A DNA stretch of 45,129 bases from Paraglomus brasilianum (lineage: Eukaryota). Shown here piece by piece: positions 12,719 to 27,694 of this stretch; position 1 is the stretch's first letter, and the number at the start of each line of letters is the position of its first letter. Location: the NCBI GenBank assembly GCA_910592345.1, contig CAJVPI010000179.1, positions 1 to 45,129 on the forward strand, written 5' to 3'. Both the position numbers and the translations under genes were made by a program. A model generated the notes under the pieces. The model ran no database searches and had not been told where the DNA came from. It saw only the letters and a program-made list of their open reading frames with translations.

Positions 12719-15700
12719 ATGCATGATGAAGCATCCTCAAGTCAATTCAACTTCCCAGAGGAAGAAGAGAAAATTTTAAAATTCTGGCAGGAAATCGATG
12801 CTTTTAAGACACAACTAAAGCTGTCAGAAGGAAGACCCCCGTACAGTTTTTACGACGGTCCCCCTTTTGCCACTGGCTTGCCACATTATGGGCATCTGTT
12901 GGCTGGAACTATAAAAGTAAGATTTGTCATCACAGAGGAATGATCGTGTTCTTAACTTGCAATAGAAAATTGTATAATGCAAGAATAATGCGAATTGGGA
13001 GAAAAAAAGCAAACCAAAAAACTCCAGCTGAATCATCTGCATTTTCTTATAAGTGAACCAGTCACATGGCTTGATACACTATTAGACAAACCGTTGTTAG
13101 AATTTGTCCATCAGAAATAACTCTGTGAATTTGTATCATGACATGTTTACATGACAATATCCCTGCCCTTTTATTTGCATATTGTTTATTAGGCTTTTTT
13201 TAAACATTCACTAGGATATTGTAACAAGATATGCCACACAGACTGGACATCATGTTGAACGAAGATTTGGTTGGGATTGTCATGGCCTTCCAGTTGAATA
13301 CGAAATTGACGGACGCCTTAACATCAAGGTGCTTCTCTCAATATAGATTTCATCTTCAGTATTCTCGTTCTTGTTGCTCACTAATCTATTGAATGAAGGG
13401 CAAAGATGACGTCTTGAAAATGGGCATTGACAAATATAATGCAGAATGTCGTAGCATCGTAATGAGATATTCCAATGCATGGCGTGAAACGGTTGAGCGT
13501 CTTGGCCGATGGATCGACTTTGAAAATGGTTATAAAACTCTCAATACATCATTTATGGAGAGTGTATGGTGGGTCTTTAAGCAGCTTTACGACAACGAGC
13601 AAGTTTATCGTGGTGTAAGGATTATGCCTTTCTCGACAGCATGCACAACTCCATTATCAAATTTTGAAGCTGCTCAGAATTACAAGGACGTAAATGATCC
13701 AGCGAGTAAGTATATCTCAACCATTATTTGAAGAAAATTTGTGATGACATAGCATCTTGTTTGTCAACATTTAACGAATCAGATGAATATTCTTATTGTT
13801 GATATCGGTTGCTGATGTATACAGTTGTTGTTTCCTTCCCGTTGGTTCATGATACGGACACCTGGCTTTTGGCATGGACAACAACACCCTGGACACTCCC
13901 AAGTAATCTTGCACTTTGCACACATCCTGAATTTGAATACATTAAGATCAAGGATGGTCTGACTGGCCATACATACATTCTTCTCGAAAAATGTCTTAAG
14001 ATTCTCTATAAGAATCCAGAAAAAGCCAAGTATACTGTATTGCAAAAATATCTTGGGAAGGATATGAAAGGATGGGAATATGTTCCATTGTTTGATTATT
14101 TTGCCCCCCAGGTGAGCATGTTTATATTACATGAATTCAATTGTCCGTGATGTTTCATAAACATTTCTTTTGCATTCTCCTTACCAAACTTTTAACAACG
14201 TTTCTTAATAAGTTTAAGGGGAGAGGTTTTGTAGTTGTAAACGACACATATGTTACTGATGATAGTGGTACTGGCATTGTTCACCAAGCTCCAGCGTTTG
14301 GTGAGGACGATTACCGTATATGCTTGGAAAATGGTATTATCACTGAGGATGGTTTTCTTCCGTGCCCTGTTGATGAACAGGGCCGATTTACAGGTGAAGT
14401 GCCTGATTTTTCTCCAATGCATGTGAAGGTACGTTGGAATGATTGAAGGTGGAATGGCTGAAGATTTTCTTGACAATAGAAAAGAGTATCTGTGGATACA
14501 GATAAATGTGCTATTACTTTTTCTGACGGTTTAGGAAGCGGACAAGGAGATACAGAAAATATTGAAACAAAAAAATCGGCTAATCGTTCAGTCACAATTG
14601 ATGCACAGTTACCCTTTCTGTTGGCGGTGAGCTACCAACTTTAATACGTAAAACAAATTCATACCTAATTTAATATTAACCATAATCTCTAATTTCATCG
14701 ACTTTTTGCTTTAATATCAGATCAGATACAGCACTGATTTACAAAGCTGTTCCATCATGGTTTGTTCGCGTACGTCCTATTATTGACAGACTTCTGAAGA
14801 ACAACAAAGAAACGTATTGGTAACCGATGATAATCAAACTTATTGGTTGGTTTGTTTATTTACGCGATTGTTTCGCATATGTGCTTATGGCATTCGTGTT
14901 TATTTCTAGGGTTCCAGACTTTGTGCAGGAAAAACGGTTTGCCAATTGGATTATAAATGCGCGTGACTGGAATATTTCACGTAATCGCTACTGGGGGACG
15001 CCAATACCTTTATGGGTTAGCGATGACTACAAAGAAGTAGGTTGGCTGTTATTGCCAATTAACTTGTGAAACGATCTACTTAACAAATCGAAATTTGAAA
15101 GATTGTCTGTATAGGATCCATTGCTGAACTCGAGGAGCTGTCTGGATGCGATAAATTAACCGACATTCACCGTGATAAAATAGATCACATCACAATTCCT
15201 TCTAAGACAGGAAAAGGTGTATTAAGGAGAATTGAAGAAGTTTTTGATTGCTGGTTTGAATCTGGCAGGTAATATAGTACGAACGTATCTCCGAGTCATG
15301 GATACAAAAATTGATGTTAACTGGACCTAATCACGCCTTCAGCATGCCGTACGCACAATGCCATTATCCGTTTGAAAATAAGGAAAAGTTTGAAGCTTCC
15401 TTCCCAGCCGACTTTATTGCAGAAGGGCTTGATCAAACACGAGGATGGTTTTATACACTTATGGTACTGTCGACTCATTTGTTCGACAAGCCAGCATTTC
15501 AAAATCTAATAGTCAATGGACTTGTTCTGGCATCGTACGTGTTCTCTGTTAACAATATTATCAGCATCGATACATATATTTCATATTAAACTCCTAATCA
15601 TTGCTTGATGTCATCAATTTAGAGATGGCAGAAAAATGAGCAAGCGGTTAAAAAACTATCCAGAACCAACAACAATTATTAATGCTTATGGTGCAGACAC

Positions 15701-17739
15701 TCTAAGGTTGTACTTGATTAATTCTCCAGTAGTCCGTGCTGAACCATTGCGGTTCAAGGAAGAAAGTGTGAAAGAAGTGCTATCAAAGGTCTTCTTGCCG
15801 TGGTATAATGCATATCGTTTCTTCAGTTCACAAATTCTATTACTCAAAAAGGTTGGTCATTATTTTTTATCTTCAAGACAATGAGATATGATAATCTATA
15901 ATGTTAAACAATCTTATTATGTTTAGGAAAGTGGAATTGATTTCAAATACAATCCATCTGCCGAGAAATCGGCAAATGTTATGGACAGATGGATTCTGGC
16001 CTCTTGTCAGAGTCTAATTAAGTTCGTGAGAGAAGAGATGGCCGGTAACTAATGATTTGAAAGCCCTAGGTTTGAAAAGTGGTTAATTCTTACACCCATA
16101 ATGTTATGTCCAGCATACCGTTTGTACACAGTTGTCCCAAGACTTCTTCAGCTCATTGAAGAGCTTACAAATTGGTACGTGCGATTCAATCGTAAACGAC
16201 TAAAAGGTGAAAATGGATCAAGCGATGCTGTAGATGCACTGAATACGCTTTTTGAAGTGTTATTCACGTTATGTCGTGTGATGGTAAATATGTAATATAG
16301 CATATGTATTGAACTATACAGGTATTAATCTGTGGACACTTTGTTTTTACTAAAGCTGTTTGTTTATGTGTTTGAATAACAGGCTGCGTTTACCCCATTC
16401 TTAACGGAGAACATGTATCAAACGTTGAAGACCTTTCTTCCACCACAAGACCCAAATATCGATGTCCGATCTATACATTTCCTATCATTTCCTGAAGTGA
16501 GAGAAGAGTATTTCGATCCTGAAATCGAGCGTCAAGTATCCCGTATGCAGGCTGTCATTGAACTTGGAAGGTTCATACGTGAGAAAAAGAGTATTGGCTT
16601 AAAAGTATGTGGGGCATTGGGATAGGGACAAATCTGTTCGGGTGCAATAGTAATGTGAAAATGTTAACAAGAAAGTATTAATTGGTTTTCTATTATTATT
16701 TTTAGACGCCATTAAGCGAATTAATCGTTATACATTCTGACCCACAATATCATGAGGATGTACTATCACTACAGAATTATATCAAAGAGGTAACGCTAAT
16801 GCTAAACATGATATTTCTACTATTCAAATGTTATGCTTAATAATTTGATTTCACAAAACAAGTATGATTATGTTTACACAAACCATTATATGCGGTTATC
16901 GTAATTCGTCTATTGTTAATTTCTCTTCTAATGTCTATCATCAATAGGAGTTGAATATAAAATCTTTGATAGTTACATCGGAAGAAGATAAGTATGGAAT
17001 AAAGTACCGAGCTGAGGCTGATTGGAAAGTCCTTGGACCCAAACTCCAAAAGAATACACCAAAAGTCAGAGCAGCATTGCCCAAATTGACATCTGATCAA
17101 GTGAAAGAGTTTGTAAAAAACGGGGAGATGATGATCGATGGAATTAGGATTGTTGAGGAGGATCTTACGGTCGTCCGATATTTTGAGGCCGAGAATGGTC
17201 ATCATGAAACGAATACCGATAAGGATGTGTTAATATTGTTGAATGTGAATATATATGGGCAGCTGCAGGAAGAGGGGTGGGCTAGGGAAGTTGTCAACAG
17301 GGTACAGAGATTGAGGAAGAAGGTAAGGTTCCAGAAATGGGCATTGGATTTGTCACCATTTAAGTGTCATGTAAATATTTTTATGTTGTTGTGACGTCTC
17401 CAAAATAGGCTGGCCTCCAACCAACTGACGCAGTGACCGCATACTATAAGATCATCGATGATCCCAACGATCAGATTCAAAAAGTAATGGATACTCAATC
17501 CGCTGTCATTATTAAAACACTCAAAAGGTCGTTGAAGCCATATTGTGAAAAGAGTGACGAAGCTGAAGCTATCGCTGAGGAAGAACAAGAAGTAAGTAAA
17601 CTTTATAATATTGAATAATGGAATTGTGACAAATGAGCTGCACATTAGATTTTATGCTGAATATGCAACGACATTCATTGATTCGATAATATAGGTCAAC
17701 AAGTCCAAATTTTTATTGACTTTAGTTAAAGATCAATAA
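12719..17739 (+). CDS. ILS1: Cytosolic isoleucyl-tRNA synthetase, multi-exon
   Basis: [16 protein letters not shown] (HIGH), [60 protein letters not shown] and KMSKR. Last exon 17695-17739 ends in TAA. Confidence 0.97.
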
Positions 17740-19039
17740 GTATACATTTTTGCAGTTACTGGGAGTGTAATTGTATAAGGCCACAGCCATGCGGAATGCA
17801 TGTATAGTAAACTTTGATTAGCAATAAAGATATTAATTAGTTTGTCCAAATTTTTGTGGCACAACTGTATAAGTCGTATAATTGGTTAAAAAATACGCTT
17901 ATTATTATTACTATTACTGGTGAAAAGAATGGTTACATAAATCGAAAATACAACATATGTGGCTGTGGTATATTTCTTGAAATAGCTCAACGCACCAACA
18001 GAAATCTTCAATGTAAAGGAGGGGGAGGAGGGGAGGGTTGCGTTCTTGATAGTATTTTAAATTGTTACAAGCTTCCAGCTCCAGCATCTCTGCTTTCCTT
18101 CTTTCATACTTACATCGCAATTCAGTTCTCTATATCAAAATTTCGGGAATACGTTACGGCCTACATAAGTTTTCATAGTTCATAGTTATGGAGTCGGGTT
18201 CGTCTTTTGGTGCAATCATATAATAAACTTCATTATTATAGTTAAGATTGCATTTGGGATGATAAGAATATACTTAGAATCGTCGCACGAGAATCAAATT
18301 TGCATTCGGTTTCAATGATTGGCATAAGATCCTTACTCTAATGAGTCGCCCTGTTCATGTAAAATTTAAGAATGTTAGTTACGGCTATCATCAAAGGCTC
18401 ATATTGAGCAGTGGTAAGATGTCAGATCTTGTTATAAGAACAATAGACATATTCAGCTTTATCTACGCATACGTGCTACAACCGGTTTTAACATTAGCTA
18501 CCTAATATTAAATGTTGGATTATATGTTAAGCGAGATGGGGGTGAATTACATGTTAAATTTGTGTGATATGTTGAAAGAGTGTGTGATGTGAGGGGGATA
18601 TCATTAACTTTGTTGAAAGAGAGAGAGGAGTTGGGGGGGTTCAACTGACACTTTGAAAGTGTAGTTTGGAACAATAGAATATGTTGGTTACACGATATAT
18701 AACCAAAATACCATAAATAACAATTTATTCTGTTTTTTAAATAAACGAGCTAAGCTCATCGGGGAAATTATAACATCGATTTTGTCTTAAACGGGCTATA
18801 ACCATATATTTATTCGGCACATAATGCAGAAACTGACTAAAAAAAGAAATCTTGAAACCGAAGTGACTCGGCGATATTACACATATCATAATACATGAGG
18901 TAATAAGTCATAGCATAGTATCACTGCCTTGTGTTGTTTTGTTTAGCTTATTGTTATCGCTAGATTTATAGTCTTATAACATAAACACAAGTCATCATAT
19001 GGTTATCTATACATACATATAGCCACCCAATAAATCCTC

Positions 19040-19942
19040 TTAATGTAACCCTCCATCATTTTGCTCACAATCGTACAACGGACAAATGGATTGTGAAGGA
19101 ATGATCGGTGCTTGCGGTGTTTGTGGCGGAGCATAAACATGATATGGGAAATCGTTCTGGCTACCCGTTGTTCTAAATATATCAGGATCGCTGGTATCCG
19201 GCAAATCCTGTACACTCCACACATTCATGTACTGCTTAAGTTCGCGCGGGGCAGTCGTGGGGCGAATTACTATAAATCCCCCTCCATTATACGGCTGTTG
19301 GCGAGTGCATTTACGAGCCGTGGCGCCGGAGCAAGTGGCTCGAGGTTGATGTGACAATTTCTTGGCCTGCGAGGGAAGTTTAATGGTATTCTGATGGCTG
19401 TCAGGAGAAGAGTATTCAGGACCAGGTGTCACGGCTGGTGACGGTAGATTTGAATGATTACTAGCGGGGACGCCGTCTGAATATCTGGGGCTTTGGGCAT
19501 TGATTATAAGAGACGCCTCATTGACTATCCCTCGCACATACAACCATCCTTCTTCGGTTTGAGCACGACTAAGTGCTTCCAATTTATGGAAAAATTCCTC
19601 CCCGGTAAATAGAAAGCTATAGGGAATACGGTTGAACGAAAACCATAACTCACGCAAAAGGGAGAACTGCTCATGCGTAATGTGCGGACTAACGAATAAA
19701 GGAAACAATAATTCGCTCAATTGCAATTGCCCTTGCTTGTATAGACTAAGGAGCTTCTCACTCAAATCTGACAATTGATTTTCGTTGTTTAGTCTAGGGA
19801 GATTCTGATTATCCGGATGATTCTTTCGAACAGGCTCCTGTTCGTTGTCACCTCGCTCGTACTGAATACAAGTATTAGCATTTTCTGTTTCGGTCATTGT
19901 GTTGAATTCTTGGATAAGTATTGCTGATGCAATCGGATCCAT
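19040..19942 (-). CDS. Hypothetical 300-aa intronless protein (helical middle region, P/S-rich C-terminus)
   Basis: 903-bp ATG-initiated ORF, GC-richer than its flanks; no family recognised. Confidence 0.65.
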   Translation of the reverse strand: MDPIASAILIQEFNTMTETENANTCIQYERGDNEQEPVRKNHPDNQNLPRLNNENQLSDLSEKLLSLYKQGQLQLSELLFPLFVSPHITHEQFSLLRELWFSFNRIPYSFLFTGEEFFHKLEALSRAQTEEGWLYVRGIVNEASLIINAQSPRYSDGVPASNHSNLPSPAVTPGPEYSSPDSHQNTIKLPSQAKKLSHQPRATCSGATARKCTRQQPYNGGGFIVIRPTTAPRELKQYMNVWSVQDLPDTSDPDIFRTTGSQNDFPYHVYAPPQTPQAPIIPSQSICPLYDCEQNDGGLH

Positions 19943-20805
19943 GGGAAGAGAGTAATATTTATAAGGAATGTTGCAATTTAATAGAAATAAGCAAGTAGGG
20001 ATCGAATATTTTAATATCGACTATAATTTCATCTAAGGAATGTACCCGTCACTTCTCTGATTTTATACCATAAATCTCTCTGTGATCTCTGGCCCCTACT
20101 TATTTAAAGATTCCGATTTATCTGCAGGTTGGGATTATGCTCTAGCTACATTTAGAATTAAAGACTTCAACAATGTATAATTAGATCAATGCTCTGCGGT
20201 GGCACTATTGGCTTGCTTTATCTCGTGCTTTGACGGTTTGTTGTACATATATAGTGAACGTACCGACTAGAAAGGAAAAATGGTGCTTGCATTTTGAATT
20301 TGGCACCTTATTTGGAGAATGTACCCAAATCAAACGGTGTACAAATAGGGTATTTGTCATGGCCAGGACGTCAAATTGTTACATAAGTTTCTACACAAAC
20401 GCATCGAAGATAAACATAGTTGAGTAAAAACTTATCAAAAAGTTTTTTGTCATATTTCAAATTAACTTAGTCACGACACCATTATGGGAGGGTGGGGGAG
20501 GGATTTTTCTAGCAAATCATATTCTGCATGAATGGCAACCTTTACAGTTTGTCTTACCTTTTTAATTCAAATATGCTGCATACCTTTTAAGAGCCGCAGA
20601 ATATCTAATTGTGGAAGAATGAATAAAATTTTTGGTTGTTTAACTTTTCTTAAAGTTCTGACAAAAGTAAGGGGAGGGAATTACTAACATTTCAAATATC
20701 CGACCGACCACTAAATTGTAATAGTAAACAAAGACGTTGTACCATGGCCACAAAGAGAACTTGAACTTCTTGCGGATTAACAACCGCAATTGGAAACCAA
20801 TCGAG

Positions 20806-20847
20806 TGCCGTATGCCGTATGCCGAATACCGAATACCGAATGCTGAA
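20806..20847. repeat. 7-bp minisatellite x6
   Basis: TGCCGTA x2, TGCCGAA, TACCGAA x2, TGCTGAA. Confidence 0.85.
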
Positions 20848-22146
20848 TAAGAATGAGGCTTGTAAGTGGATATTGTCGAGAGGGAACAGTTGATCTAGTC
20901 TGTAATATCGCTAAACGCTGAAGCTACTTTTTACTAACTTTCAAACAGCCAAACTCGGAAGGATGATTATAAAAATAGTAAACAGAATCGATTAAATTAG
21001 CAACTTGCGCTTTCTATCGTTAATCCGAATACGTCCTTAAAAGCAGAATACACAATTTGAAATTGGTCCGGAGACATCAATCCGGTGTTAGCTGCGCATT
21101 AGAAAATTGATCGGCATACAGTAACGGAAACAAAGACATATTATCTGCCGAGCTACAATGGGGAATTAAACCTGTCTGATTTGCTGATATGATGCCATTA
21201 TTACAATTGCATCATAATGTTACTGTTTTTCAGCCATGTGTTGCGATGAAATTTGAAATTTGAGATGACATCAAAAGCATGGAAAAAAAGGGGGATATCT
21301 CACTCACAATATTATTCGGCGGAATACTCGCTGGGCCAGACAAAGATTTCGGAATTTAACTCCGTAGTCAGCATTGCCTTGTTGTTGTATGTTACTGAAA
21401 TATGCCCGTTACCATCAAACACCCTTCTTTTGCGTTATTTTTAGCCATAAAAAGTCTCCTGGAATACCAATAGTGACAACATAGCTCAATTAAAAATAAA
21501 TTCCGGCGATACTACTTAAGATCAACCGATCTGAAACAGCCGTGTAGCGCACAGCCGAAACATGCTGAACAACGTTGCTAATGCCTCCTATTTCTAGTTT
21601 TATTTGGGATTCATTACGTACTCAAAGTGATACACTTGATTGACGAACAACGTCCATTTGTCTACTTGCCATAAATCTATCCCCCGCCCGCCACAGCCCG
21701 GCAGTGGACGTATGGAAGCAAAAGCTTCTCCCTCATCATGAAAAGCAGTGTCACCGTTTAATTTTCTGTCTGTCCGATATTCTGACCAGTTACACTTGAG
21801 TCGAAACAGGTTTACTAATGACGGAATTCATAATATGGTTCTATCGCAACTAACATAGACCAATCGGATGGTACAGGCAAATGGCCTATCAACTCGAAGA
21901 TTCTAATTTAAAGTTGCCGCGTGCTTTTTCAAACACCCACGTGAGGAACCATTATCCTCGAAAATTTGAATTTTATGGCATAACGTGTTGTCATTGGATA
22001 TACGTTCACCAATCAAAATCAACGGCAGTATTATCTTTATTGGTCTATATCAACAAATTCTATTACTGATTTCCAATTAGTCAATTATTCTATGGATTAA
22101 ATCTACTTTTAGTAATTTAGAATAGAAATTGCGAATCCAAGTTGTT

Positions 22147-23923
22147 TTATCCAACTCCAATCCCAACCAAATCTCGCATTTGATCTCTAAAAAGTGCCCG
22201 AGAACACCCCCTTGGCCATCTAACACTGATTCCGAATTTCTTTTCCATTTCTGGAATATAATGCTCAAAATACGTAAATTCTTTCTCTGTCAATTGTGCA
22301 TGCTTAAAACCCCCTCCAGGCCACAGAAGCTTGGCATGATCCAAATGATATATAAAGTGTTCCCTTAGTACGAGAAATCTGTATTTAAGGGCATTCAGAG
22401 CTAACGTATGCTGTTGCTTATCTCCTCCTTGGTTCCTGAATCGCTCATCGTACATCGGCGCACTCTTCGGTAATATATAGTATGGCTCCCATTGGGACTC
22501 GTAGCAAACTTCATAATACGGCCGAGATACCTTCAACGGATGTGATAAAAGCAGCCTGATCCCTGTTGGCCCATGTCCTGCTCGTGGATCAGTGACATAC
22601 GCCCAACCATTAGAATACAAGCGCCTAAGATCGCTTATATCTCTTGGAGGTTGTCCCTCATAATTTTCAACCAATGCGACACACGGCACAATAAACACCG
22701 TTGGTCGTTCCAATGTTTGTAGCTGTGGCACTATGTACGAAACGGCAAACTCATATAGTCGCGGTGTAGGAACAAAGTCGGCGTCCATAACAAATATGTA
22801 ATTAGTTGGTGCGGCCTCTATTCCGATATTACGAAGTTTGTTGATTGGATATTTGAGGTAGATATCGTTTGAGTAATCTGGCTTGACAATCGTAAGATCA
22901 ACTCGATTGTATAAGTAAACATTCTTATCCATCGAAAAGTATGTAATTAGCACGTCAATATCGTGGGGAGAAATTAGATAACTATTATCCAAATCAGGAA
23001 GAGAAGTATGTTAGAAGTTGTGTACGTAGATTAACAAAAATTTCCAACCATAAATACATAGCTATTGCTCACATTACGGCTGATACAGGGCCTGGCCATG
23101 CACCTAATGCCTGCTCGAAACGCTCTAATCTATTGACAGTAAACTGACTAATTAAGGTCACATCCGATTTTGTGAACGTAAACTGTGGCTTGTGATAATA
23201 AATCAGTTCTTCTAATTTTCTGCTATCAACTGGAGAGAGAAAAAAAAAGGTCATTAGCTTACAAACGTCAAGCACAATTAAGACAAATGATCATTAACTT
23301 ACTGTATGCATGAATCTGTTCTAAGGCTAGTCGCAAGTCCACTATTGAAACGCAAAAACAATTAGACTAAGGCCTAAAATAGACACCCTGTCTTTACCAG
23401 CTCCCTTCTTTAGACTTTGTGCTCACAACCATCCCTTTTTTACACCGTATAGTTTCTTCCGTTGCTCATTACCAGTACCTTTGATGTCTAATCTACTCAC
23501 ATATCTGCAAGTGTCTTCATCAACGCATTCCCCGACACCATACTGAAACACCTTTCTCGTCTCGTTCGTTGTCAATAACGTAACGGTCATTCCAATCGGC
23601 ACTTCAACCGAATCGATATCATGATATAATTTCTGTCTCCTCAAATTATCGTCTTTCCAATATCCTGGCAACCAGTATGAGCAGAAATTATTACTGTTAC
23701 AAATGCGTGCTTTGTGCTGAGATATATTATGAAAAGGACGGGGAAACAGTTGATCGGGGGGAATTGCAGGAAAGGAGTACGTGAGCCGACGGAGGATAAG
23801 GAATGCAGGTGTTAAGAAGGCGAAAATGAAAAATAGCCTACGTAAACGTCGGCGGAAGAGAAGTCGGATAAAATAAAGACAGGTATATTGGAATTGACGA
23901 CGATAGTGGTGATAAGATGGCAT
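22147..23923 (-). CDS. Glycosyltransferase family 49 (LARGE/B4GAT1-like) type II membrane protein, multi-exon
   Basis: N-terminal basic + hydrophobic anchor; DVTLISQF..RL..F...W.GPVSA, YPINKLRNIG, YIFVMDADFVP (DxD), WEPYY..P.YDERF and F.VL..HFIYH.DH. Confidence 0.88.
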
Positions 23924-25011
23924 CTATGAGAGACTTTTTATTATATAACTGGCATTATGAAAAGAAACTAGTATTTTCAGGCAGGTGCATGACTGCCCTA
24001 TCACATCACAGATAGTATGGCGATCACAAAAACAAAAGATCAAGTTGGCATTCTGGACAAATAAGGAGTGAATCAAAAGGAATTCCCTAACTTTTTGAAG
24101 CCAGGGATTAGATTTCCTCTTCCTTCGCTCACTGTTCTACGTACAAGAGTATCGTCCAAGCTCTTTAATAATTCTCTTTAAACAGCGTCAGATATTGGCA
24201 ATTATTCTACTAATTACTACGACTAAGAATCCTTTGAAAGTCACTCCCTAATATTATCTTACAGTAGGAATATGCACTTTTCATAAGGCTCGCGTCTCGC
24301 CACACTTTCAAATAATAGAAACTATTTGAAATAACGTTAGCTCATTACATGTTCACTGAAGCCAGTGGCTTGGCACTTTTTTGAAAGTTCTGTGTCAAGT
24401 TTCAGATGCGTAGTAAACTAAGTCTCGTGAGAACGTGTCTACTCTGAGGATAATGTTCCTCGAATATTCCTCTGACCGACCTTGTCATGAAAAACACATC
24501 TTGCAGAAATTGTGCCAACTCTGCCAATTCTAAGCTATTAAAATTTTCTTTCTATTACAGCAGCGCGAATTTAGCATGCAAAATTATCCCCCTAAGAAAG
24601 AAGTATTACGTGTGTGCAATGCGAGATAACACATTTTGGCAGAAAGACTATCTTAAAAAAGAACTCCAATTTGAGAATCTTTAAACACTAATTCGTAGCT
24701 GTCCTCAAGTATGCAAGTAGCAAGTAAATCTCAGTTAGTTTCGATAACATTCATCGGTTCGTATTCACCAAAATTCTGGTGCACGCGTAACCGAAAATAA
24801 GCATGTGACTGTTTATATTGACACACCTGCAGTTTGTACTCCAATCCTTATTTTCGGATTACCGTAGCTTTTGAAATTATAGCTCACTCGAGGCTTATTT
24901 ATTTGACGTCCGCAATAGTAAAAAAATATTTTTGCAATTGCAGAATGTAATGGGATAAATCTAACTTTATTTGAAAGATTAAATGTTGCTTTATTAAATA
25001 AAAAATTTTCA

Positions 25012-25260
25012 ATATCTAATTCTATTACCATTCTGCTGTACAACCAGTTCACATATATTTTATAGACAAAATAATATTTTGTGCCATAATCTTTTTCCAT
25101 TCTTCACTCATAAATTGCTTCAACTCGTTTATATTCTTGAGCATTCTTTTCAACGTTTTTTCATAATAAGCCACATGTTGTCTAGATCCGGATGGCCATT
25201 CAATTACATTTATTCAATTTTTTGCAAAATATTCTTTGCAAAGCTAGACGTGTGCTTTTC
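25012..25260 (-). pseudogene. Tc1-family transposase C-terminal fragment
   Basis: Frameshifted minus-strand peptide KHTSSFAK..NVIEWPS..PDL..NMWLIMKK..KNINELKQFMSEEWKKI...ELVVQQNGNRIRY*. Tc1-like termini nearby at about 25575-25593 and 25775-25794. Confidence 0.8.
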
Positions 25261-25744
25261 CTGAGCTTACTTTCGATTGTACGCAGAGAAATGTTAGTTG
25301 CTTAATGTATTTATTTGGCTGAACAAATACTATTACGTCAAAAATACAAAATTGGTTTCAATTTTGATTTAACCATGTTATTGAACTATACGAAACAAAC
25401 TGCAATAATAATAATGAAAAAAAAGTTGAAAAAAAGTAAACAAAGAAAACCAAATTTACTTTTACAAATACGTTCAATGGAAGGTAAACAGCTATATATA
25501 TTTGCATTTAGTTTGTAAACAAGCACATCAAATTTATTATCAGTCAGCAAAGATTTATTTGCAAACTATCTTCTTCTTTTTTGCAACACACCGTATATAG
25601 TGTCACTTTATCAAACTATATTTTAATAAGCTTTTTTTCCCAAAAAGTACAACCAATTCGCTTCCTATAAATATTAAAAGCATTGCTACTTATATTGTAA
25701 ATACAACAATAAATATTTTCGAAAAAGTTTTTGTTTTTACTATT

Positions 25745-25778
25745 GATTCACACAAAGATTCACACAAAGATTCACAAA
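25745..25778. repeat. 12-bp tandem repeat x~3
   Basis: GATTCACACAAA repeated, abutting a Tc1-like terminus. Confidence 0.85.
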
Positions 25779-27277
25779 CTTTTTGTATCCACTGTATATA
25801 TTTCTATACACTGCGACTTTATTGAACTACCGCTTTATAGAAATACTGCCCATACACTATCATTATTTTCGACGAGTACAATCAATTAGCTTCAAAGCAA
25901 TACCCAAAATCATTGTCATTTGCAGGATGATAGATGACATGGCGATAGTACTATATTCATAATGATTATTGCTAAGTAAAGAGATATCCGCTATCGCAAT
26001 CGCTCACTACAAGAAATTTTATCACGTGTGTATATATTAGCAAATTTACTACTGAAGAATTAATATCCATAGGTCGATCGCAAATAATAAGAGAAATCAG
26101 AACCTATTTGCACCTTTCCTCTTTCTTCTATATTTGATCGAATGTCTGAAAGCGTGTCTACTAGCATGCCTTGCCTTATGAACATGCCTCCTAATATGAA
26201 CATTTCGTGAGCATTATTACAGATATCTGGACATGTTGAATCGCCAGGATTCAACCGCTGTTTATATACATGTCGAGATAATATTAAGATGAATAACTAT
26301 CCCATTACCTCTAATTTGCATCGTATAACTAATTAATGCGATAATAAGTCATTTGGGAAATATTACGTCTAATTCCTACTAATCGAATGTAACATCTTTT
26401 TGGAGTGAATTCACTTCATCGTAAAACCGCGATGTTACTGAATCAAATTCTTCAGCGCACAAATATTAATCGTCAAATGACTGCAGTCATTAAATAATCA
26501 ACAAATAATGATTTGAGCGCGCATTTGATACGGCCGAAGTTTTGCCAAATTTGATTTATTTTATCAAATAAAGTAATGGGTACACGCATATAACAAATAC
26601 TTCTATAAAAAGAAACATGTGGATAACTAGGTTACTGGCTTTTACAATCTTGTTGTGAATAAGAGTTCCTCATGATAGTTACTAGTTTTTATCCTTGATT
26701 ACGTGAATCTCATCAAAAAAAGCCGAGGTTTTTAAAATTAACGTTAAGTTTTAATATTAAGGTCACAAACCAATATATATATTTAACATATAGGTGTAGT
26801 TCAAGTTCTTCCCTAGTAAAATTTAGTGGAACACTGAATGTTATTTGAGAAGGTTGTAGTTTTTCATTGAACCAAACAGCTTTTATCTGTTGAACTTCCT
26901 CCAAGATTGTTCATTCTGAAGGATTAAGACAAGCACCTACCCATATGTGTGTTCAAACGAAAAGACTTTGTCGGGAAGAAAGTATACAAACCTGACGCGC
27001 AAATATGTAGATGGCCGAAATGCTGTAATGGGTAAAAAAATGGACGTATGATTCGTAAACAAAACTGCCTGATTACTTCGATAAACAATCGAGCGGTCGT
27101 TTGTGACATTACAACGGTATGTAAAAAAAAGTTTTTGGCGTGCAAAAAACGAATCGTTCATTCAAGAAACAAACCAATCAATCTACATTCACGTGAAAGC
27201 TTAGCATTAGATAAAATTATTCTTTAAGTGAATTATTAACAAATTTCGTCATAATAAAAATTGGGAAATCAGAAAAA

Positions 27278-27333
27278 CTTCGGCTTAATGCGATTTCGGC
27301 TTAGCGTGGCTTCGTCTTAACGAGTTTACCTTG
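27278..27333. mobile_element. Solo DNA-transposon terminus
   Basis: Three TTCG(G/T)CTTA repeats followed by ACGAGTTTACCTTG|TA; no clear partner end. Confidence 0.4.
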
Positions 27334-27694
27334 TATCAGGTTGATTGCTATGTATTATAATGCATTATCCTATTACTATGGCGGATTGAATTCTATAGAA
27401 AAATCATATGTAACACACCGTTGTGCAATTTTCGAACATTCCCAATTTCAATAAACACGGTTAACTCACATTCTTAAACAAACCACATTTTTACAACCCT
27501 GGTTCAGAATAAGATTACCTACAAAAGTGCAAGTAAAATCCAAGAGACATATGTGTCTCGGTTGAAACATTGCCACCTCCGGAAAGGTTGCCGTTGTCTA
27601 CCAATGAACTTATTTTGCTCGTGAGAAAGACTATTAAGATACGTGTGCAGCAAATGTGATCAATTAACGATTTGTGACCGCGATCCATCATATA

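Noticed and set aside
26060..27161. Short minus-strand ORFs as genes
   Set aside because: Fragmentary, no recognised motifs, and inside the TE island; probably decayed TE sequence.
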